Shown here one piece after another: positions 50,190 through 60,545 of a stretch of 64,000 bases of DNA; position 1 is the stretch's first letter; every line of letters begins with the position of its first letter. Made by a program: the position numbers and the translations under genes. The notes under the pieces were generated by a model. That model was not told the origin of the DNA. It ran no database searches and worked only from the letters and a program-made list of their open reading frames with translations. The stretch lies in NCBI GenBank assembly GCA_038727135.1, contig JAVYWL010000002.1, positions 64,001 to 128,000 on the forward strand, in the 5' to 3' direction. The stretch comes from Candidatus Bathyarchaeia archaeon. Its GTDB lineage: Archaea > Thermoproteota > Bathyarchaeia > Bathyarchaeales > Bathycorpusculaceae.

Positions 50190-50467
50190 TACGAGACCCC
50201 TTTATAATGCTATCAAATTTTGAATAAGGCCCTTATTATAGTTTCCATCACCTTCTAGAATTGTCATAGAAAATTTTTTAAATAATCAGAAAAAGTCGCT
50301 ATTTTTTTATTCTTTTATGTCATTTTTTCAATAGAAATTTCCCTAAAATGATACAATAATGATAATCTTCTGAATCTCAAGTTTAAGAAACGTAAAAATT
50401 TAGTTAAATTTGCTTATTTTTAATCTTCAAAAAATTAAGAAGTGCGAAAATGCTGTTAAAAATCATG

Positions 50468-50740
50468 TTAGCCAATTATCTCAACGGTTGTTCCAAGGGC
50501 TTGTCCGGGTAAGCCCTTTCTGAATCTTGCTCTAACCAAGCCCTTCTTTCCATGCAAAGCCACAATTTTACCTATAATCTTGCTGTTTTTGCTTGTTTTC
50601 CAGGCAACTTTCCGCCCGATAAGTCTGCTGGCTTCTGAAACGTTTTTTGCGTGGGGGAAATGAATTATGCACTCTTTTGACCTCTGGGTTTTTGGTCCAA
50701 CCCTATAATTGACAATGATTCCTTTGATGGGACTTGTCAA
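50468..50740 (-). CDS. rpl35ae: 50S ribosomal protein L35Ae
   Basis: LIGRKVAW, GKIVALHGKKG.VRARF..GLPGQA. Confidence 0.92.
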   Translation of the reverse strand: MTSPIKGIIVNYRVGPKTQRSKECIIHFPHAKNVSEASRLIGRKVAWKTSKNSKIIGKIVALHGKKGLVRARFRKGLPGQALGTTVEIIG

Positions 50741-50809
50741 GGCTGGACTCCCCCTTTAAGATTTTTGAAAAGTTATGTCAAAATTTTAAATTTGTTTCGC
50801 TCCTTAGCC

Positions 50810-51253
50810 TTACAAATGAAAGTTTCCTCTGTCGCGTTTTAGTATGCGCACCTTTTCTGGGATTTTGTCCGCTTCCCAATCCGCCCACTTTATCTCTCTG
50901 AAAACCCATTTTTTTCCTAAATGAGCCGCAACAACGGCGTGCTTATACTCTCTATCCAGTGGTATAAGCTCGTCGAGGAATCTGAAGAGTTTCTCTATCT
51001 GCTGTTTTGGGAAATATGCATAATAGCCAGCATTTTTAACTTCAAAGGCATAAACATGTAGATCTTTTCTGGCTACAACGTCTGGCAGCGGATTAAGGCT
51101 TGGGTTGCTGACCGGTATGCGAACAGCATTATAACCATTTTTCTGCAAAAGTTTGACAAGAACGTTTTCGCTGTAAAAGCCTCTTTTGCGCCATCTCCGA
51201 ATAGCCTCTTTATCGATTTCCCTAACCATCAGCAGCTTCACTTCAAACAACAA
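50810..51253 (-). CDS. hjc: Holliday junction resolvase (Hjc/Hje-like)
   Basis: G..SE..LV..L...GY.AVR.P.S...PDVVA...FEVK. Confidence 0.8.
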   Translation of the reverse strand: MLFEVKLLMVREIDKEAIRRWRKRGFYSENVLVKLLQKNGYNAVRIPVSNPSLNPLPDVVARKDLHVYAFEVKNAGYYAYFPKQQIEKLFRFLDELIPLDREYKHAVVAAHLGKKWVFREIKWADWEADKIPEKVRILKRDRGNFHL

Positions 51254-51293
51254 AATATGATATAGGATGGGATTAAAGCTGTTTCCCTAAAAG

Positions 51294-53546
51294 CTAGAAT
51301 TTTGGTTTTCTGCGGGTTTGAACTGGAACCTTGAGGGTTGGCTTTTCAACTAGGCATTCTTTCAAATAGTCGTCTAGAGTGGCGGCTGGCACCACCTCAA
51401 TTTTGTAGTCCCTAATGTCTATGGAGTGGTCGAAGTTTTTCTTTGGAATCACAACTTTTTTGAAGCCCCAAGCCTCGGCAGCCTTAATCTTTTCGTAAAC
51501 GCCCCCTACAGCCGTCACTTGGATGGTGTCGCCTACGCCTAGGTTTATTTCGCCTGTTACCGCCACGTCCTGCCTTATGGGCTTGCCCTCGATGAGTGAG
51601 CATAACAGTATTGCCATTGTCACCCCTGCTGATGGTCCGTCAACGCCATAAGATTGGGCGAAGTCTATATGCGTTAGGTAGTCTTGGGCTATGTCTATGC
51701 CATACTTTTGGAGGATGACGCTTCTAACTTTGGCTATGCTGTCAGCTATGAAGCTCTGTCCCTTGGCTACGCCCGTCACTTTGTAATAGCCCCTAATTGG
51801 ATAGTTTCTCGGGAGTTCGCTGCGCTTAACCATAGTGGCCCTTACGCATAGTACGCTGCCAGTCATTTCTCCGCTATATGGGTCTCGAACAACCGCCAAG
51901 CCGTAAATTTGCCCAAGCTTAACGCCTTCAGGCTTTATTTCTAGAAGCTTCCCCCTCTCATTCATCTCATGCTCAAGTATTTGCCTCTGAATGGTTTTGC
52001 AGTGGTTTTCTATGGCTTCGCGGACATGTCTCCTTTCAACAAGTTTGCATCCCTCATTCATCGCAAGCGTAGCCGCTGTCTTAATAATGGAAATCAGTGG
52101 TCTGAAACGCGTTGTTAAGGCGTCTTTCTTGTTGCTTCGTCTGCGGCCTTCCTCAACTATTTCCTCGCATGCTTCCCTGCTGAAGGGAATTAAGTTGAAG
52201 CGTTTAACCTCCTGGGCTATAAACTGCACATATTTCCGCCTATTCTCAACGGTGTTTGGCATATCATTATTCATCCTAACAACTTTGCCATACCCATAAA
52301 TCCTGTCCATCAAAGCCGGATGAATCTGGTTTATACTATCAAAGTTTCCGGCACCTACAAGGAAGGTTAAGGCTGGAACCGGCTCCGTGGAAACAGCCAT
52401 GGCCGCCGTGTCTCCACCGTGCCAACGCCCTCTAATGGTTATTGGCAACTGGCCATCCTCAAGCACTGTTAACAGGGTTACCGCCTCTTCCGGATCTAAG
52501 TTCTTAATCTCGTCAATGTATAGTATGCCAAGCGAAGCTCTATGAACATCTCCGGCTGTAACCCTCTGATGCTCCGGAGTTCCCAAACCACCAGTCTGGT
52601 ATGGGTCCCATGCTATTGAGCCGAAAAGTTGGGCGCTTTTGTGACCAGTGGCATCAACAAAGGGCGCATGCCCAGAACTGTTGTCAACTATAAGCTTAGG
52701 TATGTCGCTTTGCTGCGCCCCACCAATGCCTTTTAGGGCTCCCAAGCCTCCAATTCTCGAAAACCACCATATGAAGACTCCGAAGAATACGAGGCTTCCA
52801 CCGGGAATAAATGTTAGCGGGACTATGCTCACAATCCTTCCTATAAAGTAGTCCATAAAGTTGTAATTGTAATATTCTTGTAATGGCTCGCCCAAATACA
52901 TGGGATTCTCGTTCCACATCTGCCAAGCCTGATACATGAAATAGAAGCCTAAACCCATCAAAAACAATCCCATAATTATGAGGAATATTTGTAGGGCTTT
53001 CAAGCCAACCTTCGTAACAAACTTCCTCTTAAGCTCCTTCAACTGCTCCCTCTGGAGTATTTTCTTCCCTTCCCCAGCCGGATGTATAGAGATTCTCGGC
53101 TGGCTCGGCAAAACGGGGTTCTTCCAGCATAGAACGTCAAAAAGTTTTATCCCATTCTCCTTGTAAATTTGGGTCAACTTCTCGGCTAAAGCCCTACCAA
53201 TAAGGGACTTACCAGTACCTGGATCGCCTAGAAGCAGCAGGTATGGTCCTGGGCTTATGGCTGTTTTCGCCGAAGGTTTTGGCTTGTCCGGGCTGCTCCA
53301 GTTTCCATACCATTTAGTTTTTTCCAGCCATTTCAGCTTGTGAACCCACTCGTCTAAGCATAAGAAACACTCGTTTAGGGCTTGATCTTGCCCAATAACC
53401 CAGTTTATCAGGTTATCGTCAACTGGAAAGCCTTCGGTGCTCTTAAAGTTTCCCCAGTCCCACTTAACCCTAACCTTTCTGCCATTAACTGTTCTCTCAA
53501 GTATTTCAGCATCGTTCCCAAAATAGTCAATAGACAACCATTCCAC
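51294..53546 (-). CDS. lonB: membrane-anchored ATP-dependent protease LonB
   Basis: GDPGTGKS, two TM inserts, YIDEI, catalytic DGPSAG and GGVYEK. Confidence 0.92.
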   Translation of the reverse strand: MEWLSIDYFGNDAEILERTVNGRKVRVKWDWGNFKSTEGFPVDDNLINWVIGQDQALNECFLCLDEWVHKLKWLEKTKWYGNWSSPDKPKPSAKTAISPGPYLLLLGDPGTGKSLIGRALAEKLTQIYKENGIKLFDVLCWKNPVLPSQPRISIHPAGEGKKILQREQLKELKRKFVTKVGLKALQIFLIIMGLFLMGLGFYFMYQAWQMWNENPMYLGEPLQEYYNYNFMDYFIGRIVSIVPLTFIPGGSLVFFGVFIWWFSRIGGLGALKGIGGAQQSDIPKLIVDNSSGHAPFVDATGHKSAQLFGSIAWDPYQTGGLGTPEHQRVTAGDVHRASLGILYIDEIKNLDPEEAVTLLTVLEDGQLPITIRGRWHGGDTAAMAVSTEPVPALTFLVGAGNFDSINQIHPALMDRIYGYGKVVRMNNDMPNTVENRRKYVQFIAQEVKRFNLIPFSREACEEIVEEGRRRSNKKDALTTRFRPLISIIKTAATLAMNEGCKLVERRHVREAIENHCKTIQRQILEHEMNERGKLLEIKPEGVKLGQIYGLAVVRDPYSGEMTGSVLCVRATMVKRSELPRNYPIRGYYKVTGVAKGQSFIADSIAKVRSVILQKYGIDIAQDYLTHIDFAQSYGVDGPSAGVTMAILLCSLIEGKPIRQDVAVTGEINLGVGDTIQVTAVGGVYEKIKAAEAWGFKKVVIPKKNFDHSIDIRDYKIEVVPAATLDDYLKECLVEKPTLKVPVQTRRKPKF

Positions 53547-53717
53547 CCCTTAGGCTTGACAGTTTCCTTTCCCCAATCCTCAACAAAACCATCCCCGCCG
53601 AATAATTATAGGGTTATTTCAAAAACGGCAATATGAAAAAACCAATAACATGGACAAACACAACCGCAGAAATTTCGACAAGCGAAAAACCCCTTTTAAA
53701 ATAAAAGGAAAAAATCA

Positions 53718-54416
53718 TCCCTGTTTGACAGCAGGGAGCAAAACAATGGGTCGAAGATTAATGAATAAGCTGACTAGCATAAGAGGCGCTGTTTTGGAAG
53801 TCAAAGTGCAAAATGAAAAGCCATTTTTAAGCTTAAAATCGTAAAAGAAGCCTTTTAACCGCTTTTCATTTCTGCCTTTAAACAAAACCCATGGACTTCG
53901 CTGTTGCTTCCTAAAGAAACTGACGAAAATCTCCATGCCAACCAAAACCTACTAAACTTCGAAAGACTTCGAGTTTTCCAAGCACAAAGGAAGGTCGACA
54001 AGTGAGCTTTTGAAAAAGGAATGCATGTGAAGCCTCGTCATGCTCAGCGCTCTTAAATGTTTGTTGTGGGCAAGGTTTTAGGCTGTTCACTTGGTTGATG
54101 CTTTTGTATACACACAAGCACCAGTTTTCGTTACTGCTAGTTTTCACTAGGGTTTTGGTTTGGAAAGTTGTGCCAGGAAAGGGGCTTTTCCTGGGCTTTT
54201 TCGCCATAGATGTGGCAAGTTGTTTTATCTAGTGTAGGCTAAGTGTCTAATGTTTTTGAGGTCCATGGATTTTCATTTTACTTTTAGGTTGCTTTAGTAA
54301 TATTGGTATTACTTTAAGATTTCACATGTCACCATGGCTCTCCAAGGCTTTGCAGCTAAAACCCCCGTATACAAAAGCATCGATAAAACTTCACAGTTTT
54401 AACCTTGAAAAAGGTT
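53718..54416. repeat. cluster of inverted repeats in long intergenic region
   Basis: Perfect 15-bp IR (54097-54111/54367-54381), 11-bp IR (53811-53821/53861-53871), 14/16 IR (53884-53899/54258-54273) and several local hairpins. Confidence 0.7.
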
Positions 54417-54443
54417 ATGTGGCTCCGACATCATGTTAAACTT

Positions 54444-54992
54444 ATGAAAACTGGAGAGGTTATCCGGGAGTTTGTTGCCAAAGACGGGCGCAAAGTAATT
54501 CTCAGAACCCTCAAGTGGGAAGACCTAGACGACTTGCTGGACTTTATTAACTCTCTTGTTGAGGAAGGCGCAAACATCCTCAGAACTGAAAAAGTTTCAA
54601 GGGATGAGGAAATCGAGTGGCTTTCTGGCGTTTTTAAACGCCTAGAGAAAGGCGAAATTTACTGTGTTGCCGCGGAGGTGGATGGGCATGTGGTGGCTAA
54701 CTCTGAAGTCATGAAGGGAACTGGCTATTCGAGGCATGTGGGCTTTATTGGCATAGCCATAAAGAAAGGGTTTAGAGGCATCGGCATAGGAACTGAGATG
54801 ATGAAGGCATTGGAGGAGCATGCCAGAAAAATTGGTCTAAAAGTTCTGACCCTGGCAGTTTTTGCAAACAACCAGCACGCTATAAACCTTTACAAGAAAA
54901 TGGGGTTTATTGAAACTGGGCGGGTTCCGAAAAGGTTTTTCAAAGACGGCGCCTACATAGATGAAATTATAATGACAAAAATGCTAGAATAA
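54444..54992 (+). CDS. GNAT N-acetyltransferase
   Basis: FRGIGIG, N.HAINLYKKMGF. Confidence 0.88.
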   Translation: MKTGEVIREFVAKDGRKVILRTLKWEDLDDLLDFINSLVEEGANILRTEKVSRDEEIEWLSGVFKRLEKGEIYCVAAEVDGHVVANSEVMKGTGYSRHVGFIGIAIKKGFRGIGIGTEMMKALEEHARKIGLKVLTLAVFANNQHAINLYKKMGFIETGRVPKRFFKDGAYIDEIIMTKMLE

Positions 54993-54996
54993 GCTG

Positions 54997-55428
54997 GTGA
55001 AAATCTTGGCAGGCTTTAAGGTTTACAATACCACTTATACATTTTCCACCAAAGGCGAAATTGAATTTGTAGACTTAACCGACAAGGTTCAAGAGGCGGT
55101 TTCTTGCTCAAGTGTAAAAAACGGCATAGTGCATGTCTTTGCGCCCCATGCCACTGGAGTTCTCATCCTAACTGAAAGCGAGTACGGCTTGCTAAATGAC
55201 ATTAAGGCTTTGCTCGAAAAACTGGTTCCAAAAGGCGCCGGTTATATGCATCCTTCGAATGCCCATTCCCATTTAAGGTCTGTTCTGCTTCCCCCGGACA
55301 AGACTTTGCCCGTTGTTGATGGTAGGGTGGAGTTTGGAACATGGCAGTCGCTCTTGTTTGTGGAGACAGACGTCCACCCAAGAAGGAGAACAGTAATAAT
55401 TCAGGTGATAGGCGAAACTGGTGAGTAG
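54997..55428 (+). CDS. YjbQ family (secondary thiamine-phosphate synthase-like)
   Basis: PHATG, NAHSHLRS, GTWQS. Confidence 0.88.
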   Translation: MKILAGFKVYNTTYTFSTKGEIEFVDLTDKVQEAVSCSSVKNGIVHVFAPHATGVLILTESEYGLLNDIKALLEKLVPKGAGYMHPSNAHSHLRSVLLPPDKTLPVVDGRVEFGTWQSLLFVETDVHPRRRTVIIQVIGETGE

Positions 55429-55832
55429 GCACATCCCATAAAAGTGCAACACCAATGGCGAAGATCCACAGACGCGGCAAAATCGGAAGACCACCAAAAC
55501 CAGCAAACTTCGTAAAACAATTAAAGTCAAAAAGTATAGTTTCAAAAATCTTTGGCAAAAGTACATTATTTTTTAAAGTTTTCATATATTGAATTTTCAT
55601 GTTTTTGTATAAAGATTACATTTCGTAATTTTTACGCAAGAATAAGATAGGAGGCGCTTGCAAAAATCTTTTGGACTTAGCAATTTTAGGAACATTCTGC
55701 CTACCACTTGCCATGTACTCAAACCAGCATTTTGCTTAAGCTAATTTAAAGCGAGCCTGTTTCATTTATGTATATTTAAGGTTCGTTTATTTTCGAATCT
55801 CCGAAATATTTTTAGAGGGGGCATTCATTTAA

Positions 55833-55852
55833 AATTACGAGTGCTCGTAATT
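55833..55852. promoter_or_regulatory. perfect 9-2-9 palindrome at the DtxR-feoAB start; candidate operator
   Basis: AATTACGAG-TG-CTCGTAATT overlapping the start codon. Confidence 0.5.
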
Positions 55853-56519
55853 GGTGAAAAAGTTGACCGTCGAGCTTTCTCATGAGGCTGAGGAGTATAT
55901 AGAAGCCATCTACAAACTTCAAAAGAGGAGCGGTGTTGCCAGAACAAAAGAGTTAGCTGAAGAGCTAAACGTTGTGCCAGGCTCTATAACAAACACCATT
56001 GCACATCTTGAGAAACATGGACTTGTGGAGCATACGCCATACAAAGGTGTAAAGCTCACCGCTGAAGGTGAGAAGCTAGCCATAAGCATTATTAGGAGGC
56101 ATAGGCTTGCTGAGAGGCTCCTTACAGACATCTTGGAGGCTGAATGGTGCAACGTCCATGAAAGTGCTTGTAGGCTTGAACATGCCTTAACGGATGATGT
56201 GCTATCCCTTTTGGAGAGGCGGCTTGGCTACCCAAAATTTTGCCCTCATGGAAACCCCATACCAACGGAAAGTGGCGAGGTCAGCGATGTTGAATGTTTC
56301 CCGTTAACTTCGGTTGCCGTGAACCAGACATGCACCATTGTCAAAATAATCAATGAAAAGAGGGATATGCTCCTTGCGTTGGCTGCCAAGGGGATAAAAC
56401 CTAACGTTTCAGTCCATATCGTCAAAATGAGACAGAGAGACATTGTCCTCTGCGTGGCTGGAAAGGAGCAGACAATAAGCCACAAGGAAGCCGAAAGCAT
56501 CTGGGTTAAAACTGCTTAA
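55851..56519 (+). CDS. DtxR/MntR-family metal-dependent repressor with FeoA-like C-domain
   Basis: EEYIEAIY, RRHRLAERLL, ACRLEH, CPHGNPIP. Confidence 0.92.
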   Translation: MVKKLTVELSHEAEEYIEAIYKLQKRSGVARTKELAEELNVVPGSITNTIAHLEKHGLVEHTPYKGVKLTAEGEKLAISIIRRHRLAERLLTDILEAEWCNVHESACRLEHALTDDVLSLLERRLGYPKFCPHGNPIPTESGEVSDVECFPLTSVAVNQTCTIVKIINEKRDMLLALAAKGIKPNVSVHIVKMRQRDIVLCVAGKEQTISHKEAESIWVKTA

Positions 56520-56535
56520 GAGGTGAAAACAGACA

Positions 56536-56841
56536 ATGTTTAGGAATAGGCGGAACACCCAAAGACAAGACGAAACGAAAAACGAGGGCGGGGAATTATA
56601 CGCCCTAACAGACTTGGCTGAGGGCGAAAAAGGCATAATGGTCAGAGCCTTAGGCGGCTTCGGTCTTGTCAGAAGGCTTGCAGAGATGGGTCTAACACCC
56701 GGAGTTGAGGTTAAAATGTTGAGAAAGGGCTCCTTTGGCGGACCCGTTGAAATCGAGGTTAGAGGCGTAGCCCTAGCGCTCGGGCGAGGCGTAGCCTCAA
56801 GAGTACTAGTCAAACCGGTCAAGGATGAGCCTCATGACTAA
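56536..56841 (+). CDS. feoA: ferrous iron transport protein A
   Basis: RRLAEMGLTPG, GPVEIEVRG..LALGR. Confidence 0.9.
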   Translation: MFRNRRNTQRQDETKNEGGELYALTDLAEGEKGIMVRALGGFGLVRRLAEMGLTPGVEVKMLRKGSFGGPVEIEVRGVALALGRGVASRVLVKPVKDEPHD

Positions 56842-58786
56842 GCAACTGCGTGTGGCGCTGGCAGGAAACGCCAACGTTGGAAAAAGCGCCATATTCAACC
56901 AGCTAACAGGCTTGAATCAGATTGTTGGAAACTGGCCCGGCAAAACCGTTGAGCGGGCTGAAGGAACCCTACATTTTAAGGGCTACACTATTCGTGTTAT
57001 TGACTTGCCGGGAATATATTCGCTTTCAACTTTTTCAATTGAAGAGATTGTTTCGCGGGATTATATTGCCGTTGAAAAGCCAGACGTTATAGTTAATGTT
57101 GTTGACGCTTCAGCCTTGGAGCGCAACCTCTATTTTACGTTGCAGCTTTTGGAGCTTGAAGCCCCAATAGTTATGGCGCTAAACCAGGTGGATTATGCGG
57201 CGAAAAAGGGCATACGCATAAACGTTGAAAGGCTCTCGGAAATTTTAGGCGTTCCCGTCGTCCCGACGGTGGCGATCACTGGAAGCGGAATAAACGAGCT
57301 CCTAACTACTGTCATTGCTGTGGCAAGTGGCGAAAAGAGGTCTCAACCATTAAAGGTTAGGTTTGGAGCTGAGGTTGAAAAGCGGGTTCAAAAACTTCAA
57401 GGGATTGTGAAGCGCAAGCTTCCACAGCTTTGCGATGTTTACCCAGCGAGATGGGTTGCCACAAAGCTTCTGGAAAGAGACGATGATGTTGCTGGAAAAC
57501 TGAAAAACTATGAGGGTGGAGCAGAAGTTTTAAAGCTTGCTGGAAAGTTGGCGGCGGAGCTGGAAAAACTGCACGGTGAACCCTCGCCGGTCATAATAGC
57601 CTCTGAAAGGTATTCAATTGCGAGCAAAATAGCCAAAGAAGTTACTATTGAGGAGGCTCCTCCAAGAATAAGCCTCGAACAGAAACTTGACGCCATAACA
57701 ACACACAAAATCCTCGGATATCCGATTTTGGTAGGTGTTATTTTGGCAACGTTCTCCTTAATCTTCATTGGAGGGAGTATTTTCTCCGGGCTTCTGGAAT
57801 CTTTTTTCGGAGACATTATTACTTATATTGGGAATGTTTTGGCTTTTTTGCCATTGGTTGCCCAAAGCCTACTCACCGAGGGAGTTTTACATGGAATAGT
57901 GGCGGGAATAACCATAGCCTTACCATATATTGTTCCCTTCTACGTAATCCTGGCCCTTCTTGAAGACAGCGGCTATCTACCAAGAGCCGCCTTCCTAATG
58001 GACAACCTTATGCACAGAATCGGCCTGCACGGAAAAGCCTTCATACCACTAATTTTGGGTTATGGCTGCAGCGTCCCAGCATGTATAGGCTGCAGAATAA
58101 TGGAAACAGAGCGGGAACGCCTCTTAGCCGCCTTCGTTGTTACCCTTATTCCATGCGCCGCCAGAACAGTCGTAATTTTAGGACTTGTGGGAAGATTTGT
58201 CGGACTCCACGCAGCGCTAGCCATCTACATATTTGACCTAATCCTCATCTTCATTCTTGGTAGAGTAGCCTTCAAAGTTCTGCCCGGAGAACCAGTAGGC
58301 CTAATAATGGAAATGCCCCCATACAAAAAGCCCTCACTACAAAATGTCCTAACCAAAACATGGAGCAGAACGAAAGACTTTATCTACATCGCCTTCCCAA
58401 TAATCGTTGCTGGAAGCCTAACAATAACAGCCCTAAACATCACAGGCTTCATAAACCACATAACAGCTGGAGCAAAGCCCCTAATAAGCGGATGGCTTGG
58501 GCTTCCAGTGGAGGCAGGAGTCCCACTAATTTTCGGTGTTTTGCGCAAAGAACTAGCCCTAATTCTTCTTTCGCAGCTAATCCCGCTCGAATCGCTTTCA
58601 GCGATACAGATGATCGTATTCGCAATAGTCATAATGGTTTATATTCCATGTGTAGCCACAATAGCCGCCCTAACAAGGGAATTTGGATGGCGAAAAGCTA
58701 CAGCAATAACCATCACAGACATCACTTTTGCCATATTCCTAGGAGGCATAACCCACAAACTTCTGCTATTATTTATCCCTACATAA
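56825..58786 (+). CDS. feoB: ferrous iron transport protein B
   Basis: GNANVGKS, GNWPGKTVE, DLPG.YS, EDSGY, GYGCSVPA, YIPCVAT. Confidence 0.95.
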   Translation: MSLMTKQLRVALAGNANVGKSAIFNQLTGLNQIVGNWPGKTVERAEGTLHFKGYTIRVIDLPGIYSLSTFSIEEIVSRDYIAVEKPDVIVNVVDASALERNLYFTLQLLELEAPIVMALNQVDYAAKKGIRINVERLSEILGVPVVPTVAITGSGINELLTTVIAVASGEKRSQPLKVRFGAEVEKRVQKLQGIVKRKLPQLCDVYPARWVATKLLERDDDVAGKLKNYEGGAEVLKLAGKLAAELEKLHGEPSPVIIASERYSIASKIAKEVTIEEAPPRISLEQKLDAITTHKILGYPILVGVILATFSLIFIGGSIFSGLLESFFGDIITYIGNVLAFLPLVAQSLLTEGVLHGIVAGITIALPYIVPFYVILALLEDSGYLPRAAFLMDNLMHRIGLHGKAFIPLILGYGCSVPACIGCRIMETERERLLAAFVVTLIPCAARTVVILGLVGRFVGLHAALAIYIFDLILIFILGRVAFKVLPGEPVGLIMEMPPYKKPSLQNVLTKTWSRTKDFIYIAFPIIVAGSLTITALNITGFINHITAGAKPLISGWLGLPVEAGVPLIFGVLRKELALILLSQLIPLESLSAIQMIVFAIVIMVYIPCVATIAALTREFGWRKATAITITDITFAIFLGGITHKLLLLFIPT

Positions 58787-58976
58787 CACTCCGCTTCAAT
58801 TCTACCCCTACGGAAAACTGAATCTTCTAATACACGTATACGTTTTGGCTATACCTTTTAGGACCTTGCATGGATGCCCTTAGAGCTTAAGTCAACATAA
58901 AACCATTGGTTTAAACATTAGTGGAAATCTTTATATGTTGTTGGGTTCAATACCTTAACTTTTGAAGGGTTAGCTT

Positions 58977-60515
58977 ATGTCGGAAGAGGAAGTCTTTTTT
59001 GCGAGGAAAGCCTCTGGGCTTGTGAGGGAGCTTACACCTCTAGACGCGGCTATATGGGCGTTTGGTGTTGCCGCAGTTTCTGGAATCACCTTCTACTCCT
59101 GCAGAATGCCCTACCGCTTCCCTGGAGCCGACCCGACACTTTCCTTCTTCATATCCTCGGCTATACTTCTCCCAGCCGCCGTTGCGCTAGCCCTAATGAT
59201 GGGAACGATGCCTAGGTCTGGCGGGTTGTATGTAGCAATAAGCCGTGTCCTCGGACCAGAAGTAGGCTTCCTCAGCCTATGGTCAATAGTCATCGGGTGG
59301 GGGATACTGCTAGGGTTATGGGGCATAGTCTCTGGGAGGCTTTTCGGATCAGTTTTCATAATGGCTGGCCTTACAGATATAGGATCATTTTTACAGACGC
59401 CTGTGGGAGCGTTTATATGGGGCATTTTCTGGGTTACGCTATTTGCATTGTTCTCGATGCTTGGAATAAAATGGATCAAGTGGGTTACAAGGATAACATC
59501 GTATATTCCGCTTATAGCAATAATAATCGCATGCATACTTTTCGTTGTATTTGCACCGAATGCCCCAACCAATTTCAGCAAGGCATGGAACGTTGATGCA
59601 AATACTTTGATAAATACGGCTTACGCGCTTGGCTATACCAAACCGGAATTTTCATGGTCAGCCACAATAGCATCATTTGTTATTCCCTTGTGGGCATGGA
59701 CGGGATTCGAAGCCATAACATACGCTGGAGGAGAAATTAAATCTCCGAAGGCTTCAGCCTACGGATTCCTGGGAGGCTTCTTTATTGTATGGGCACTATA
59801 TACCATCATACCGGCATGTCTATTCTACGCTTGGGGCGATTTTATCGGTCCATATGCATGGCTTTTCAACGCAAAAAAAGAAGTTCTGGGAACATTTATG
59901 ACTCCGACAGAACCGTCGGTTCCATTTTTTGCATATTCTATAATTGGCGGAGGCACAGCAGGCTTCATTCTGGCGCTGGCAATAATGATGCTATATCTTA
60001 AGGGACTACCACCAGTCTTCGGAGCAACATCGAGAATGTTATTCGCATTAGGATTTGACAGAGCATTACCCCCAAAAATCAGCGAAGTGGATAAAAGGGG
60101 CTCACCAAGGTTATCTGTCGCCATAATGTACTTGATAGGCATCTTCGGCCTCGTGATTGCAGATTTAGGAATAGACGCTGTCCTAGGAATACTTGACTAC
60201 ACAATGCTAGGTTTCTTCTGGTTCCTTGGAATAGCACTTATGCTCCTCCCCTACAGAAAGAGAGAGATATATGAGGCCTCACCATTTAGGGCTGAAATTG
60301 GCGGCATGCCTCTAATGGTTATAGTGGGCCTCCTAACGGTGGGAACAGGCTTCTTTGTAGCAGCATTCTCAATAATGGAATTTGACTACACAATGGCCTG
60401 CATAATGGCGATAATATACTGCATAGGCTTTGCCCTCTACGCGTGGCAGCAACATAGGAACGCTAAGGAAGGAATAGATACATCAAAAATATACTCAACG
60501 TTGCCACCACTGTAA
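58977..60515 (+). CDS. APC-family amino acid/amine permease
   Basis: FARKASGLVRE, MPRSGG.Y, GFE....GGEIK, R.LFA..FDR. Confidence 0.88.
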   Translation: MSEEEVFFARKASGLVRELTPLDAAIWAFGVAAVSGITFYSCRMPYRFPGADPTLSFFISSAILLPAAVALALMMGTMPRSGGLYVAISRVLGPEVGFLSLWSIVIGWGILLGLWGIVSGRLFGSVFIMAGLTDIGSFLQTPVGAFIWGIFWVTLFALFSMLGIKWIKWVTRITSYIPLIAIIIACILFVVFAPNAPTNFSKAWNVDANTLINTAYALGYTKPEFSWSATIASFVIPLWAWTGFEAITYAGGEIKSPKASAYGFLGGFFIVWALYTIIPACLFYAWGDFIGPYAWLFNAKKEVLGTFMTPTEPSVPFFAYSIIGGGTAGFILALAIMMLYLKGLPPVFGATSRMLFALGFDRALPPKISEVDKRGSPRLSVAIMYLIGIFGLVIADLGIDAVLGILDYTMLGFFWFLGIALMLLPYRKREIYEASPFRAEIGGMPLMVIVGLLTVGTGFFVAAFSIMEFDYTMACIMAIIYCIGFALYAWQQHRNAKEGIDTSKIYSTLPPL

Positions 60516-60545
60516 GTTGCCTAAAATCTTCCCCTCTTTTTTATT

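Noticed and set aside
50190-50467. Replication origin call
   Set aside because: No clear ORB repeats and no cdc6/orc1 in the window.
53650-54207. ORFs of 64-98 aa in the lonB upstream gap
   Set aside because: No motifs, mutually overlapping, atypical composition; treated as non-coding.
55455-55592. 45-aa basic ORF MAKIHRRGKIGRPPKP... with AT-hook-like GRP
   Set aside because: Lacks the RGRP core and an SD, and runs into AT-rich sequence; not supportable.
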